DNA of 32,451 nt from Phoronis australis. Taxonomy: Eukaryota; Animalia; Phoronida. Each line of letters starts with the position of its first letter. Within the stretch, counting starts at the first letter, position 1. Location of the stretch: assembly GCA_002633005.1 (NCBI GenBank), contig NMRA01001270.1, positions 1 to 32,451 of the forward strand. The letters are read 5' to 3'. Made by a program: the position numbers and the translations under genes. The notes below the pieces were generated by a model. The model was not told the DNA's origin. It saw only the letters and a list, made by a program, of their open reading frames with translations, and ran no database searches. This document shows, in pieces, positions 11,547-23,314 of the stretch.

Positions 11547-12105
11547 CGTTATACAACGCTTCAGGATCGATTACTTTCTCGTCAGCAGGCCAATATCAGC
11601 AATTTTTGATTTGATTGCAAAGTCATGTTAGAGACAGGCAGCCATCGATTTCTGGGTAGACTCAACTGGTGTTGGCTTACCAGAATGGCTTTATTAAGTT
11701 TTCGAGAAGATGTTTGGTGTGGAAATATTCAAATAAAATGCCTTGCCTAAAGCGTTTCCGGATAATACCTAAAGAAGCGATTGATAAATCTTTATCTTTA
11801 CATCAGGAACCAATCAATTTTGAACTGCATTGGCAAATCTGTCTTCCATCGCAAAATGAACTATTAGCCCACTTACGGTTATGAAATTTATCTCAAATTG
11901 TTCCTTAGTCAAATTACAGCTGATTTCAGTGGTCCAAAAACTCACAGTTTGTTATTGCTTAAGATCAAGGTAAACATGTGACCTTGTCCGGGCGTTTCCT
12001 TTTTTTGCACTGAGTAAGCTCTCACGGAATACCACGCTCCTTTTTTGTAAACGTAGAAATCATTTCCGACCCGGATAATAGATCAAATTGAGACTACTTT
12101 TATAG

Positions 12106-12391
12106 CCGTGAGAAGTTAAACGTTCGTTTGTTGGACGGAACGCGAGTTACATTGGTTACTGAGAATACCACAACAAAGAGTGCACGCTGTCTGAAATTTT
12201 GTACGGTGCATAAAATTTGCAAAGGACATACGACTAGGCCCGTTGCACGAAACCCCTGAGCTAAATTCGCGAGAACTTCATAATATCGATCAACAGTTTG
12301 TTCGAGAGAGTGGATGGTGCAAACCGTCATACTCATACCTTCTAGAAACGCTGTCGCAGACTTGACTTCTGAGCATGTTAATTATCCACTG
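12106..12391 (+). pseudogene. Decayed ubiquitin-like exon, 5' half (continues at 18662 after the Harbinger insertion)
   Basis: Acceptor cttttatag|. Reads REKLNVRLLDGTRVTLVTENTTTKSARCLK (ubiquitin b1-b2-a1 like), with stops at 12257 and 12281; ends ...EHVNYPL with the CTG TSD as an in-frame codon. Confidence 0.6.
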
Positions 12392-12621
12392 GGCCTTGTT
12401 GCATAAAAGCCTGTACAACTATCCGGCGGATAAGAACTTATACGCCGGCATAAGATTTATACGCCGGATCCCTAGTTATCCGGCGTATAAATTTGGGTTG
12501 CACAAAGCTTGGATAAGGTTCGGATAACTATCCGGTGGATATCTATATTATACGGTGGATAGCCAAATTGGATACCATATAAGGCAATACCCATAATTCC
12601 TGTTACCATGGCACAGACAAA

Positions 12622-14338
12622 ATGGCTGAAAAACGAAAAGATTGTGTAATTGGACAAAGCACAAAATCAACCTTCAGACTGAACTTGCCGAGTCGAACTT
12701 GCAAGTAATTAACAGCAAGTTCAGTCAGAAGGTGACGAAGGCCGAAAAGAACTCTGTTAGGAAAGATAGGCTTCCAAAATGACAAGTCTGGGAACAGCAA
12801 ACAGAACAGCGTATGACAAAAAGGAAAAGTGGAGGCACATGGTATCTGGGGCGACAGCCTCACAGAACCATGCAACTGCAAAGAGAAGTGAAGAAAACGG
12901 GAGGAGGCTCTCGCCCCAAGCCCATGGAGGAGGCTGTGAAAAAAATCGTTGCATTGTTTACAGACACAATCAGTTTCAGTGGACTGGAAGCTCCAATTGA
13001 ATCAGGTATGAATTAATCAAGTGAGGCATAAGAATATTCCATGGTTTATGAGGCGTCATCAACAACACTTCATCAGAATGCTCTCTATTTTTCACTTTTC
13101 TTCAAAATTGAAACGTACAACTCCCTTAGGTGTTCAATAATTATTTGCTACGTGGCACACTGCTTTAAAAAAATAGGTCAACCAAGTTTGGAATCTAGGT
13201 CACAGGGTTATAGATATCAACGCAACAGACACATTGCACGAACGTAGCTACAAGTATGTGAACCAAAAAAGCCCGCAGCGATACGACACAAGTTTTGCAT
13301 AATTACAAAACCAACATTCTCTTCCATTCCTTACACATATAAGCTATGGTCCTATGTTGATTGATCATATCCCGGGGCTAGGACAAATTAATTCATGCGT
13401 TTCATCCGTCACGTGTAACCAACTACTATTAGTCACATTACTAGTCTAGCAGTTTTATCGGTAGGGTAGGTAGGCCTATGTCATTGCTGACGAAAAGTCT
13501 ACGAAAACATGCGTACGCAAAACCAAAGCCCTACATGCCTTAGTTACTCACGAACAAAGCTTCTCGAGTCAAAAACTGCCGCCATCTATCACTCAGTCTT
13601 GGGGCACAACCCAATTTTGCACAAGTGCAGCGCTCTTCGCCGGCAGCGTGCATTCCCGGATGGATTGTTGCTTGAATGTACGGGGCACCAAATGGGGGCT
13701 ATACTAATTAGAAGCGGTATTCGATGAGTCTGAGAGACGAGGTAACTGGAAACATCATCTCCCGTCGTGTTACTCTCTCCCAACATACTCCATGCCTCAA
13801 AACATATTTTGACAATCCTGGACAGCTTAGTAAACTGAGGTCCATAAGATCAGATAATGATTAGGATAATTTCCTGCTTGTGATCGGTATCGTACGTGCG
13901 AGTATCAAAACGCCTTAAGTGTGCACTTTTAACTTCATTTCAGGAATTTTCACTCCAACAACTGCTCAGACTGCCGAGAACCAATCACCACAAGCAACCG
14001 TCTCATCTGAAATTATATCATTGCCTAGCACTCCAAAACTGATTACTTCTTGGGACACACTTCTCACTAGTTCATCACCATATCTTTCTGCTAACCTCCC
14101 GCTTTCGGAATCTCCCGTCACCTTCGCTTCGGAGAAGCCATTGAGGAAAAAAAACGTAACCAGTAATGAATTAAACGCCATATAAAAGGAGGTCCTGGAA
14201 CTAAAGAAAAGAAAACTGGAAAATGAATTAGAAGCCAACCAACGGAGAAGAATAAAAGAAGGAAGGAAATTGGATTTAGAAATCGAAAATCTCATACTAA
14301 AGAACAAGAAACTGAAGATGGAAATTGAAAATATTTGA
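12622..14338 (+). pseudogene. Harbinger Myb/SANT-like DNA-binding protein gene (NAIF1/MSANTD type), disrupted; exons ~12622-13005 and 13944-14338
   Basis: Across about 3 frameshifts: MAEKRK/RLCNWTKHKINLQTELAESNLQVINSKFSQKVTKAEKNSV/ASKMTSLGTANRTAYDKKEKWRHM/QREVKKTGGG (Myb_DNA-bind_5-like pattern). Second exon is S/T-rich, then coiled-coil (KEVLELKKRKLENELE...) with an in-frame TAA at 14183. Confidence 0.85.
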
Positions 14339-14744
14339 CTGTTTTGATCAAATGTTCTTTCTGCAAGTGTTGTAATGTAATTTATTTGTTGCTTTTGTGA
14401 AAGTTACGTGCTGTTACCTTCGTTGATATGAATGATAAGGTGTGTATTTCTGAGAAGATTGAATGTTTACTACAAGAGGATATGCACTACTAAAAATAGC
14501 GCTCCAGTCAGTTTTTGTCAATTTTTGTGAAAAGATTGGGAAAAAGTTTACACTTGTTGCACATGAGTCCATTCATTAACTCAATACAATTAATTATATT
14601 GACTTGTAATTTATTGGCGATTGCATAGTTCCACCATTGCCTGTATTAATCGTGTTAAGTGGAACCATTTGTTTTTCGGTAATACTCTGCGCTTATTTAC
14701 TGCGTCTCGATAAACCTAACCACTGAGAAAAGATATGCGTATTT

Positions 14745-14930
14745 AATCAATCAGTATCAATAATATTTATGGTACATCGTAAGTATTGACTACACTTACG
14801 TAAATTCCAATGTACAATCAGAGTATTTACACAGAGCAGTTGATCTCATAAAGCCATAGGTTTTCAAAATATACAATACAAGACTGGATAAATTCATGAC
14901 TTTTCTGATTGATTTGTTAACATTCACAAG
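14745..14930 (-). mobile_element. LINE 3' fragment, homologue of 6755-7046, nested in the Harbinger
   Basis: Shared sequence blocks with 6830-6990. Confidence 0.55.
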
Positions 14931-15305
14931 CTCTGGTGCAATTAAAATCGTATCCCAAATTCAACGCCAGACATAACATATACTGAAACCTAGAACGTAT
15001 TTACAGAAACCATTTGCAAAATTGAGTGAACACACGACCCTTTTCGTTATTGACAGTCTTCATTCCGTTTCGCTCATATGTTCGAAATAAAACTCTACAC
15101 TAAACGGAACAGTGATGAAGTAACTGACCAAGAGACATGATTTAAATGTACACGGTATATTTCGAAACATACTTGTTTCATTTTCAAGTGGAAATAAAAT
15201 GACGCATAATGCCGCCACAGAGCATAAGCTGGAGACACCAACAGTGGGACACGGCAGGTTTGAAATATTGCAAAGAATGACAAATGAAGGGGGTTAACAG
15301 GAAAT

Positions 15306-16670
15306 TCACGCAAACAAAAGTAATGTGCGGTCCAACTGTACTTGCTGTTCATTCAAATCGGGCTTTTCAAATTCAATCAAAAGAGACTCCCGATACTTTC
15401 AATCGCACATCGTGCTGTACGTGCCGAATTGACGTGTTTTCCACAATTTCTTGACGGGTGATTTTACGTTCCTGACATTGCAGAAAATGTTCTTGGATGG
15501 CGCCACTTTAAAGATGAATAAATAACGGACGAAAAGACTGCAGACCGCTTGACCAATGCAACATTCTTTGACATTTGAATGAAGACACTTGTTCACAGGG
15601 CATAAAAACTCATTAGTAATACTACACGGGGCAACGGGAAGGACTTCTGCTTTAGAAATGTTATGTTTCATTACCAAAGTTGGAGGACGTACTATTCCAA
15701 TAATGAATAATAACATCGAGGTAATCATCGGGCTTACAAACTTTAACATTAACCATAAGGATTTTCATAAAATATTATTTGTAAAAAACATTTTTGGTCA
15801 CACCGGTCCGACGTGCAGGGACTTCACAATTAATTCTGGACATGAATCGCTTAATATGGAGGCCTACCAAAGCATTGGTGTACCCATTATTCACCAGGGT
15901 TTCAGTGTTTGTGTTATGCGATCTACCTCTTGAATAAACAATAGGCAGTTGGATGACACTTGTGTGCGCAACATATCAATGATTTAATGGAGTAACGACT
16001 CTGAATGATGTTATCAAGATGCTTCGCTGTCTTGTGAGATGGCGTCAGCACTTGGGATATTGTCGGCCGTAGAGGAACAACTTTTTGTGTTCATTTTGGG
16101 GTTACCATAGAGATAACCTTCGAAGTAGTCACCTTCGAATTCACACTAGAAAATTCGACGACCAGCCTCAGCATTTATAGCCTTGGACGACTGAATTCGT
16201 GTTTATTGAAGCTCAATGAGGGTTGTCCGACTAATGATGATTAATTTTTTAGGGTCACATACTACTAATAGACTATCGGAATAGTCATCTTTGTTTAAAA
16301 TAAAATGATACTGAGCAGATCTCACGGCTAATAACGATATTATCATTTCTTTCTTAAAGCCATTGGAAGCATCTATAACAGACGGCTGGAGAGAGCACAC
16401 TGACACTTAGTGCCTTCAGAGCGAAGCTGTTCTCATATGTTGGTGTTAACACTGAGAAACTCATCAGCTTTCAGTCGCAAAATATCATTATACAAATTTT
16501 CCAACTCAATTTTCTTGGTGTCAAACTTGGCTCTAAAATGAACATCAATGCCCAGTGTGAGAAAGTCCTTGTCTGCAGCGACCACACCACAGACAGATAG
16601 GTTCACATAGGTTTCACGTTCCTCTGGTAGTTTAAAGACTGTCAGTAACCAAAAGCGCCGTGCATTCAAT
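15306..16670 (-). mobile_element. Penelope-like retroelement remnant (RT N-terminus plus GIY-YIG endonuclease C-terminus), internally deleted
   Basis: - strand motifs in order: YVNLS...LTLG...KIELENLYNDIL; FILNKDDY; GYLYGNPK; VPLRPTISQVLTPSHKTAKHLDNII; KC...ECCIGQ; GAIQEHF...NTSI...ESLLIEFEKPDLNEQ...LLLFA*. The RT catalytic YxDD region was not found. Confidence 0.8.
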
Positions 16671-16787
16671 CATTTCTACATATCGGAAAACTATCTCCCG
16701 AAGTACAGACATAAACCATTGTGAACTTTTTCAACAGATCCACACATTCAATGTACTCATGGGCCTATTAGTAATTCACAGCAATTA

Positions 16788-17731
16788 CCGTATTTGTCCT
16801 AATGAGCGCCCATGCCCCTATAAGCGCCCATGCCCATATAAGCGCCCATGCCCCTATAAGCGCCCCACCCTCGTTTTCAGAAACCACAAAAATAAGTGCC
16901 CAGCCATTAACGTGTATACATTTGAAAAACACCTCACCTTCTAAAATTCTACAGTAACGTCTTAAATTTATCAATACTATCTGACAGTTCTGAAAAAATC
17001 ATTTTGCCCCAAATTTATAGACCACGAGCGTAGCCGCTATGTCGGTATTTAGCCGTGAATATAAACTTCAAATTTCTGCAGTGCTTCAGGAAGAAGTAAA
17101 GAATTTTTGCAGATATCACGAGGCACGTGTCCCACTATGGTCTGGCCTATCAGAACAGACACAGTGTACTTATCAGCGTTAGTGAATCTCGCTCATTCGG
17201 CACCGACACACCTGCAGCCAAACTTCAAAGCAAAAGTTACGTGACATCAACATGTGTGTTCGTCCACATTTTTCTCATGGTGCGGGGTAAGATCTAGCCC
17301 AGATTTGAACTTAATCTGAGGTGAATCCCGGCTCGACAGGAAATTAGGGACTCTATTTGGAAAACTTAGGGAGGATTTCATGTAATTTGTTGAGTCGAAA
17401 CTGTATTTTTATCAAGAATTCAATTTGTTAATCGACAATCGCGAGACAGCGATGCATGAGTCGGCTGGGATTTCCCTACACTTTTCTGAAAAAGGAGAGC
17501 AATGTAACAATGAAGCTTCGATAGACATGGACCACAATTTTGTGGCAAGTCGGTAATATGCAACATATACGTCGCAGTGCGTGAATTTTATGAATCCTAG
17601 CTTCCGATATCACCTGTTTCGGAGACTGGATTTCAAGTGCCTTGGGCTACAATAAGCGCCCCCCCCCCCACTCCACAGCATCCCGAAACGAATTTTTGAA
17701 AGTTCCCCGGGTGATTATTAGGCGAACACGG
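16788..17731. mobile_element. Non-autonomous Tc1/mariner (Tc2/pogo-like) element with CCGT termini
   Basis: TA|CCGTATTTGTCCTAATGAGCGCCC ... GGGTGATTATTAGGCGAACACGG|TA (imperfect TIR, TA TSD). Subterminal TAAGCGCCC motifs at both ends. Confidence 0.65.
16803..16866. repeat. 18-bp tandem repeat (TAAGCGCCCATGCCCCTA) x3.5
   Basis: Directly visible; subterminal to the 16788-17731 element. Confidence 0.95.
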
Positions 17732-18262
17732 TAAACCAAAACATAGTATCATGTCCACACTCGGGTACACTTGACTACTGCCGGGGTTTTCCGCAGCTAA
17801 GCCCCTAGGGGTGTATTCGGAAATTGAAATTTTTCAGGCATTTAGTTAGTAACACCAATGAACGCCCGGGCGTTCGTTCGGAAAAAGGGGTGTGTAAACG
17901 GAAAGTCATAATTTTGACTACCTAAATATCAGCATGAAGCACGATATGTACTTTTAGGTGAAACATTGTCATGGACTGAATAAACGTAGCCTAGATTAAG
18001 AGGTTTCGTGGCTGATTTTTATTTAAAACTGTTTTTAAAAATTTTACGTTAATAAATGTCTAGTTCGGCAACACTTCGTTAGTTTTTATACTTGATAAAT
18101 GCTCCGCAAAATTGTGACTAAACGTTGACGCTAAGTGGGTTTTTAAAAGGAAATTTTTCACATAAGCGCCCCACTTCCTGGAGACTTGACGAACTTGCAA
18201 CACCAGCATATTTTTTCACATGGGCGTTCCATATAGGGTGCGCTTATCTACGGAGAACCCCG

Positions 18263-18615
18263 CTACTTAATTTTATATAATAAAATGAAGAACGTACGAG
18301 CGACGTGATCACGCACGCCTCTGCCTGTCTCGGGGCCGGCGTGCAGAGGCGCAGGCTGGTTGATGTCGCGTGCGTCCAGCTCTTCCGGCTCATTAAAAGA
18401 TTTTGCTATGTTATGTAAAATGACACAGGAAGCCACAATGCGAGCAGCTTTGTTTGGCTCTAGCCTGACCTCTCCATGCAATATTGCAAAACGGCGTTTC
18501 AAAACGCCGACTGCCCTTTCGATTGATGCCCTGGTACACTTGAGGCTGATGTTGTATCGGCTCTCCGCTCTCGTGTTGGGATGGAGAAACGGAGTCATCA
18601 AGAAAGGTGAATCAA
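18263..18615 (-). pseudogene. Harbinger (HARBI1-like, DDE_Tnp_4) transposase, C-terminal fragment only
   Basis: PFLMTPFLHPNTRAESRYNISLKCTRASIERAVGVLKRRFAILHGEVRLEPNKAARIVASCVILHNIA...GRGVRDHVARTFF is the characteristic HARBI1 C-terminus. It starts about 45 bp from the right TIR, so the N-terminal part is deleted. Confidence 0.92.
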
Positions 18616-18661
18616 ACTTATCCAGCGGTTAACTTTTGAAGCTTTATGCAACTCAGCCCTG

Positions 18662-18892
18662 ACAAATGAGACAACTATTTACTTTGAAATGATTTAGTGC
18701 TACTCGGATCTCATCACACGAAAAATTGCTAAAAGTGCATACAAGATCAATGAAGGCTCCGAAGATGACTTGCTGAGTGAAAATCGTCCTTTCAATTTTA
18801 GGGACAAGTGCCACAATAAGTATTAATAAAAACTATGAGTATTTTATCAACCAGGCTTCGTTTCCTGTCAGCAATGAACTAAGAGTTCACAG
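18662..18892 (+). pseudogene. Decayed ubiquitin-like exon, 3' half
   Basis: After TSD removal it reads NYPL|TNETTIYFEMI* (cf. ubiquitin DYNIQKESTLHLVL). Stop at 18695; possible donor at 18893. Confidence 0.5.
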
Positions 18893-18945
18893 GTATCGAA
18901 TGTCATTTACTATATTGTTTTACAAATTGCGTTTTGTCATTTCAG

Positions 18946-20733
18946 GAATGGTCGAAATGTCTTATAGAATGGGGACAATGGATCTCTACAGTCCACCTTT
19001 CATGAACCGCCAAACAATATTCCTATGTGATGTACGTAACAAACAATACAATGAATTCAAAAGAGTCACATTGAAACATCTGCCAGACCTTGAAAGCTGT
19101 CGAGACTTATTTACTTTCGTAAAAAGGTCTTGTTCCCTGAATCCGCCAGTGTCCAGTTCTGATGACGTTGTGGCATGTAAAACGAAATCCAATGAATTTG
19201 AACCATATGTGTTTGAAAAAGTGTCTTTTGACGAATTCTTAGATAGATACATGTTCAGCAAAATATTCGTAGTTTTAAAACGAAAAGATGACAAAAGCTT
19301 TATGCAATATTTTGTGCAGAATGACGCTAAAAACGCGGGGAATAAATTGGGTTTCGCGAAGATACAAGAATCGAACACAGCAAATGACATTGTTAATTTT
19401 TGTAACCACAAAAAAAATAACTTGGACAATGAAATGACACTTCACCAAAACAACACTTTGTTTGTGATGAATAATTTTTGTCCTCTACAGCCACAGAAAA
19501 TTGTAGAACGGTATCAAATTCCCGAACTTTCGACATTATACATTCTTCCAAAAATCTCAATGCAGGCATCAGGGACACTTATTCGAGAAAAAGATAATTC
19601 TCATTACTCTGTGTCGTGCACAAGTGCCAATTCTTTTGGCCAGCTAGTGGAGATGTTTGTTGAAAAAATTAACAAATGCGAGGGTACTTGCTTGACCAGA
19701 AAAGAAATCCGTTTGACATATATCATCAGAGGTAGCACATTTATTATCAAAAGTGATCAAGCTGTTGCTGCTGCCATTTGGCAGCAGGGACATGACCTGC
19801 CTGATACTATTCACTTGTGGATCCATATTATTAACCCTGAGAGCTTTTCAATGAAAGTGCGCCTTAAAAGCAGACAAAAAATGCTCCATGGTGCTTTTGA
19901 TCGGGGGTTTCACAACTCTGAGGAAATACCAGATGCTGTTATTGTTTTTTGCAACAGAGGTACAACCATCAAAGATGTCAAACATAACATTTGTGTTCAA
20001 ACTAAAATAGACGAGGACTCTGTGAAAATATTTAACAATAGCAACCAAAGTGTTTTGCCAGACAGTTACTGTATAGGTGAAATAGAGACGCCTCGTCCTA
20101 CACTGACCTGTGTCCAGCAGAAACCCTCTCGCATCAAAGTAGAGGTGACCATTGATGATTGCGCTAACAATATAATTGAGGACACTGTAGAGGCCTATGA
20201 TCACTCTACGTGTCAAAGGTTACGTGAAATCATTGTTTCACGGTTACACCTGCAGGATGAACTGAAATTAGACTTATTTTTTGGTGGAACAGGAAAATGT
20301 TTCGATAGAGAAAACACATTAAGTGATGCAGGTACTGTTGGTCCACCATTGGTGAGAGCAACATATTATCGGAGACGAATTATTATTTTCGCAAAACTTC
20401 GAGATCAGCATTTGAGTCGAATCACTATTAATAATCCAGAAAAGTTCACTGTTGGTCAATTGAAAAGAAGCATTGTTCAGAAACACGCTTTTGCCACTAA
20501 TGTAGCCATTAACGTCATTTGGAACGGACAGTGCTTGTTCGAGGGACAGACCATCGATAGTTGCGGCATTAGCCACGGCAACATTATTGTAGTAACTTGT
20601 GGCTCACGAAAAACGCCTCCTCCCCCATTTCTGACTGTATTTGTTGCCCGCTTCGATGACTGTTCTAAGGAGGTTGAAGAGTGGTTTGCAGTAAAAGAGG
20701 AAGTCACGCAGTCACTGAAGTTCTTAAGCAGAC
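18946..20733 (+). CDS. DD gene copy 2, 1788-nt exon encoding ~6 tandem ubiquitin-like/PB1-like (beta-grasp) domains
   Basis: Uninterrupted ORF, acceptor catttcag|, phase-1 donor C|gtaagt. Clearest unit is RIIIFAKLRDQHLSRITINNPEKFTVGQLKRSI...NVIWNGQCLFEGQTIDSCGISHGNIIVV. Others include TTIKDVKHNIC, STCQRLREII...LFFGG...ENTLSDAG and YQIPELSTLYIL. Confidence 0.8.
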
Positions 20734-21406
20734 GTAAGTAAGTCATAGGCACAGCTTGATAATTCAATTATTGGGAATGCCTGCCAAGTGAGCATTTTCT
20801 TCATCGACGTTTCAACTTAGTCAAGAAATCACAATGCTAAACAAATAAATTACTTGTCAGATTTAGTCGAAACCCCGAAGATGAATCTTTTTGAGTTGAT
20901 TTTCGTTGTATGTCGACAATAATTATTTTTGTATTCACTTTTATGCTCCCAAAGTCAGCGATACACATCTGCAAAAAATTATCAGTGGACATGCGAGGTC
21001 CATCTAATCACTACGGAATCTGTTGTCTCCTGTGTTGTACCATTTATTTTAATACAATCAATCGTGCTTTTTACAGCACTTTCGACATTGAATATTACAA
21101 AATCCCAGAAAAAATATGAATGAAAACCGCTCGTAAAGTTTTATTGAAATTTATTAGAAAATAAGAGCTGCTGTTTAATACATGTATGCTGTTCAGCATT
21201 TGAAAAGATTCATGTCGATGAATGGTGTTATGTGAAAGAGGAATAAATTACTTTCTAATGGTATGCAACACTGTGTAATTGAACGCTAAAATGAAAAATA
21301 AACAAGTGCTGACTTTTTGAGACCCAGAGAAGTTACAAGAATAACGTAACTAAGTCGAAGAAATTCCGTGGATTCTTGCGTTCTAATTTAGTCACATTTA
21401 TTCAAG

Positions 21407-21532
21407 TGACAGAAGAAAGCACGACTGCAATAATGGATGCATTCACCTCGATAATGAAAGACCATACACTGGACAGTGCATCGGCTGCCACGGTGGAAAC
21501 GACACGTCAATTGAGCTTCGCGGCATTCAACG
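21407..21532 (+). CDS. DD gene copy 2, 126-nt exon (phase 1/1)
   Basis: ttcaag| ... |gtatgt; paralogous to 1464-1589; joins 20733 and 21821 in frame. Confidence 0.75.
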
Positions 21533-21820
21533 GTATGTGAACTCCTGATAAGGAATGATTACCCAGGAAGGGGCTTGACTTAATGTATTCCTCGTATTCA
21601 ACAGTGGTAGGAACACTCACTGTTTCTTTATATATGTTTACGAGTGATTGTGGATTTTGCTAGAAAAGTGCATTGAAACGCTACGAACGCTTAACCAGAT
21701 CTCATCAATAAAAGATAGCAAATAGCTAATGAATAGGGTTTGATAATGAATAATACAACAATGATGGCGAGAATGGTGGAGATCCTGACCTTTATGCTTT
21801 CGTGAAAATAATTCTTTTAG

Positions 21821-22498
21821 GTCAGGAGACTAGGAGACCTACAGTGTCACATGCTCATAACCCATCTAGACCAGCGTCGTTTGAGAAAAACTCAGATCAG
21901 TCCAAAACAGTCCATACATCGAACAGTTACAAAGTGAGCGATTTAATGAGCGACACAAAAGACGACTTCGATTATTCGCAAGGGAATCAGAACGCGATTG
22001 GAACGCACGTGGCTGCTTCGCCATGCAAGGAAAGCGCGGTACTCAACGTGCTTGGTCAGTTGCCGGACGAAACTTCGGAAGTGAACAAATATGTAACGAG
22101 ACCTTCTTCTCTTTCTGAAATTCGTCCTAGCCGAAATCAGGATCTAACAGTTGGCAAGTTCAATAAAACAGAAATCGCAGTGTCTACAACGACTACAACA
22201 ACTTCAAGGACGTCCACGGCAGTTATGCATAGTACACCTACGTGCGCACAATCATCCTCTACTCCGCGAATGTCACCTCCAGATTTAAAGAATGATGCTT
22301 CGTGGGTGCCAACAGAAGAAACCACCGTCACTTAAACTTGTTACGAACATAATGATACGGGAGAGGTTTTCTTTTATATGAATCGAGAAGAAAGTCGACG
22401 ATTCCGAAATCGACATGATTATCAGCAGTCATCCACCAGTTGCGGTAGCGTAACGTCGGATGATGAAGTCCCTATTGCATCGCCAGGACGTCCAAGTG
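21821..22498 (+). CDS. DD gene copy 2, Ser/Thr-rich linker exon with in-frame premature TAA at 22333-22335
   Basis: cttttag| ... |gtaagt. Homology to copy 1 continues in frame past the TAA (TCYEHNDTGEV...TSDDEVPIASPGRPS). Confidence 0.85.
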
Positions 22499-23314
22499 GT
22501 AAGTTGATTCTTCCCTCTCCTTAAGCTTTACGGTCTATCATGACTGACCAAGACCACTATTGTTCGGATGTAGCTGGGGTGTTATTTTAAGGACAAAAAC
22601 TAAAATACCCAGTGTGTTGTTCTTTGCTAACGCATACTACGAGGTGCCACTACTAAACGGTCTACCACAACTCAAGTCGCTAAGTTAATCGCGAAGTTCG
22701 ATATCCGCCATAAGCTTTAACAGGTACTCACTGGTCCTTTATTTAGCGGATGTTCCTATCAGCAAAAGCGTGCTTTAGATTGGTCTTTGCACGTAGATAT
22801 TGTCATTATGCATGTTGAATGTCAACTTGTAGTCAATGGCCAGAGCGAGATACTTAGCACATTCGACAGTCTTCAATATTATGTCTTGTAGGAAGTAATT
22901 AGTATGTGTTTTCATTTGTTAATAATTCTAATGCCATTGCACTTCCCTTGGTTGAAGTTCTTTCTTCTTTAGAGTTGAGTGCTTCTTGAACCTGCCGCGA
23001 GTCGTGTTTAAGATTCATTTCCAGACTCAATTTCGCTTTAGAGCCTTTTAGAATTAGAAGATACGTTGTCTCCTTACTTTGTTGCCAGTGACTCGTCTCC
23101 TGACCAAATTTTCTATTTGGGTCCTCTTTGTGTTCCTATACACCGTATTCACGCAGTTGCCGTTTTAAAAGAGAGCCTCTTTTTAGGTTTTAAAAACAGT
23201 TCATTTTGCGCTTAAATACAACACAAAGCTTGATTATTTTGCGTGCCTCGTAAACAATCTTATAAAAGTACATTTATTGTGTCCGGATTTGTATCCAGTT
23301 GTTCTCTACTATTT

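Larger units (their letters stand above)
12392..18658. mobile_element. PIF/Harbinger DNA transposon, defective, with nested insertions
   Basis: Imperfect TIRs GGCCTTGTTGCATAAA / GGCTGAGTTGCATAAA (13/16). 3-bp TSD CTG at 12389-12391 and 18659-18661. Convergent Myb/SANT and DDE transposase remnants; subterminal TTATACGCCGG-type repeats. Confidence 0.9.

Noticed and set aside
11317-11631. ORFs with HT/HK/CV/CL repeats
   Set aside because: Translations of the (TG)n/(TGTGTT)n microsatellite.
16803-16866. Short regular repeats that might suggest a CRISPR array or a RPCPYK repeat protein
   Set aside because: Head-to-tail 18-mers with no spacers, in eukaryotic DNA and subterminal to a TIR element.
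18263-18601. Domesticated host HARBI1 gene
   Set aside because: Only the C-terminal part is present, it abuts a TIR, and the partner Myb gene is frameshifted.
18777-18945. N-terminal 57 aa of the 654-aa ORF as the true protein start
   Set aside because: It starts at GTG and crosses a pyrimidine tract and AG acceptor at 18944-18945. It is better explained as decayed exon plus intron that happens to be open.
18946-20733. Polyubiquitin or ISG15-type conjugatable precursor
   Set aside because: Units are highly divergent and lack LRGG ends.
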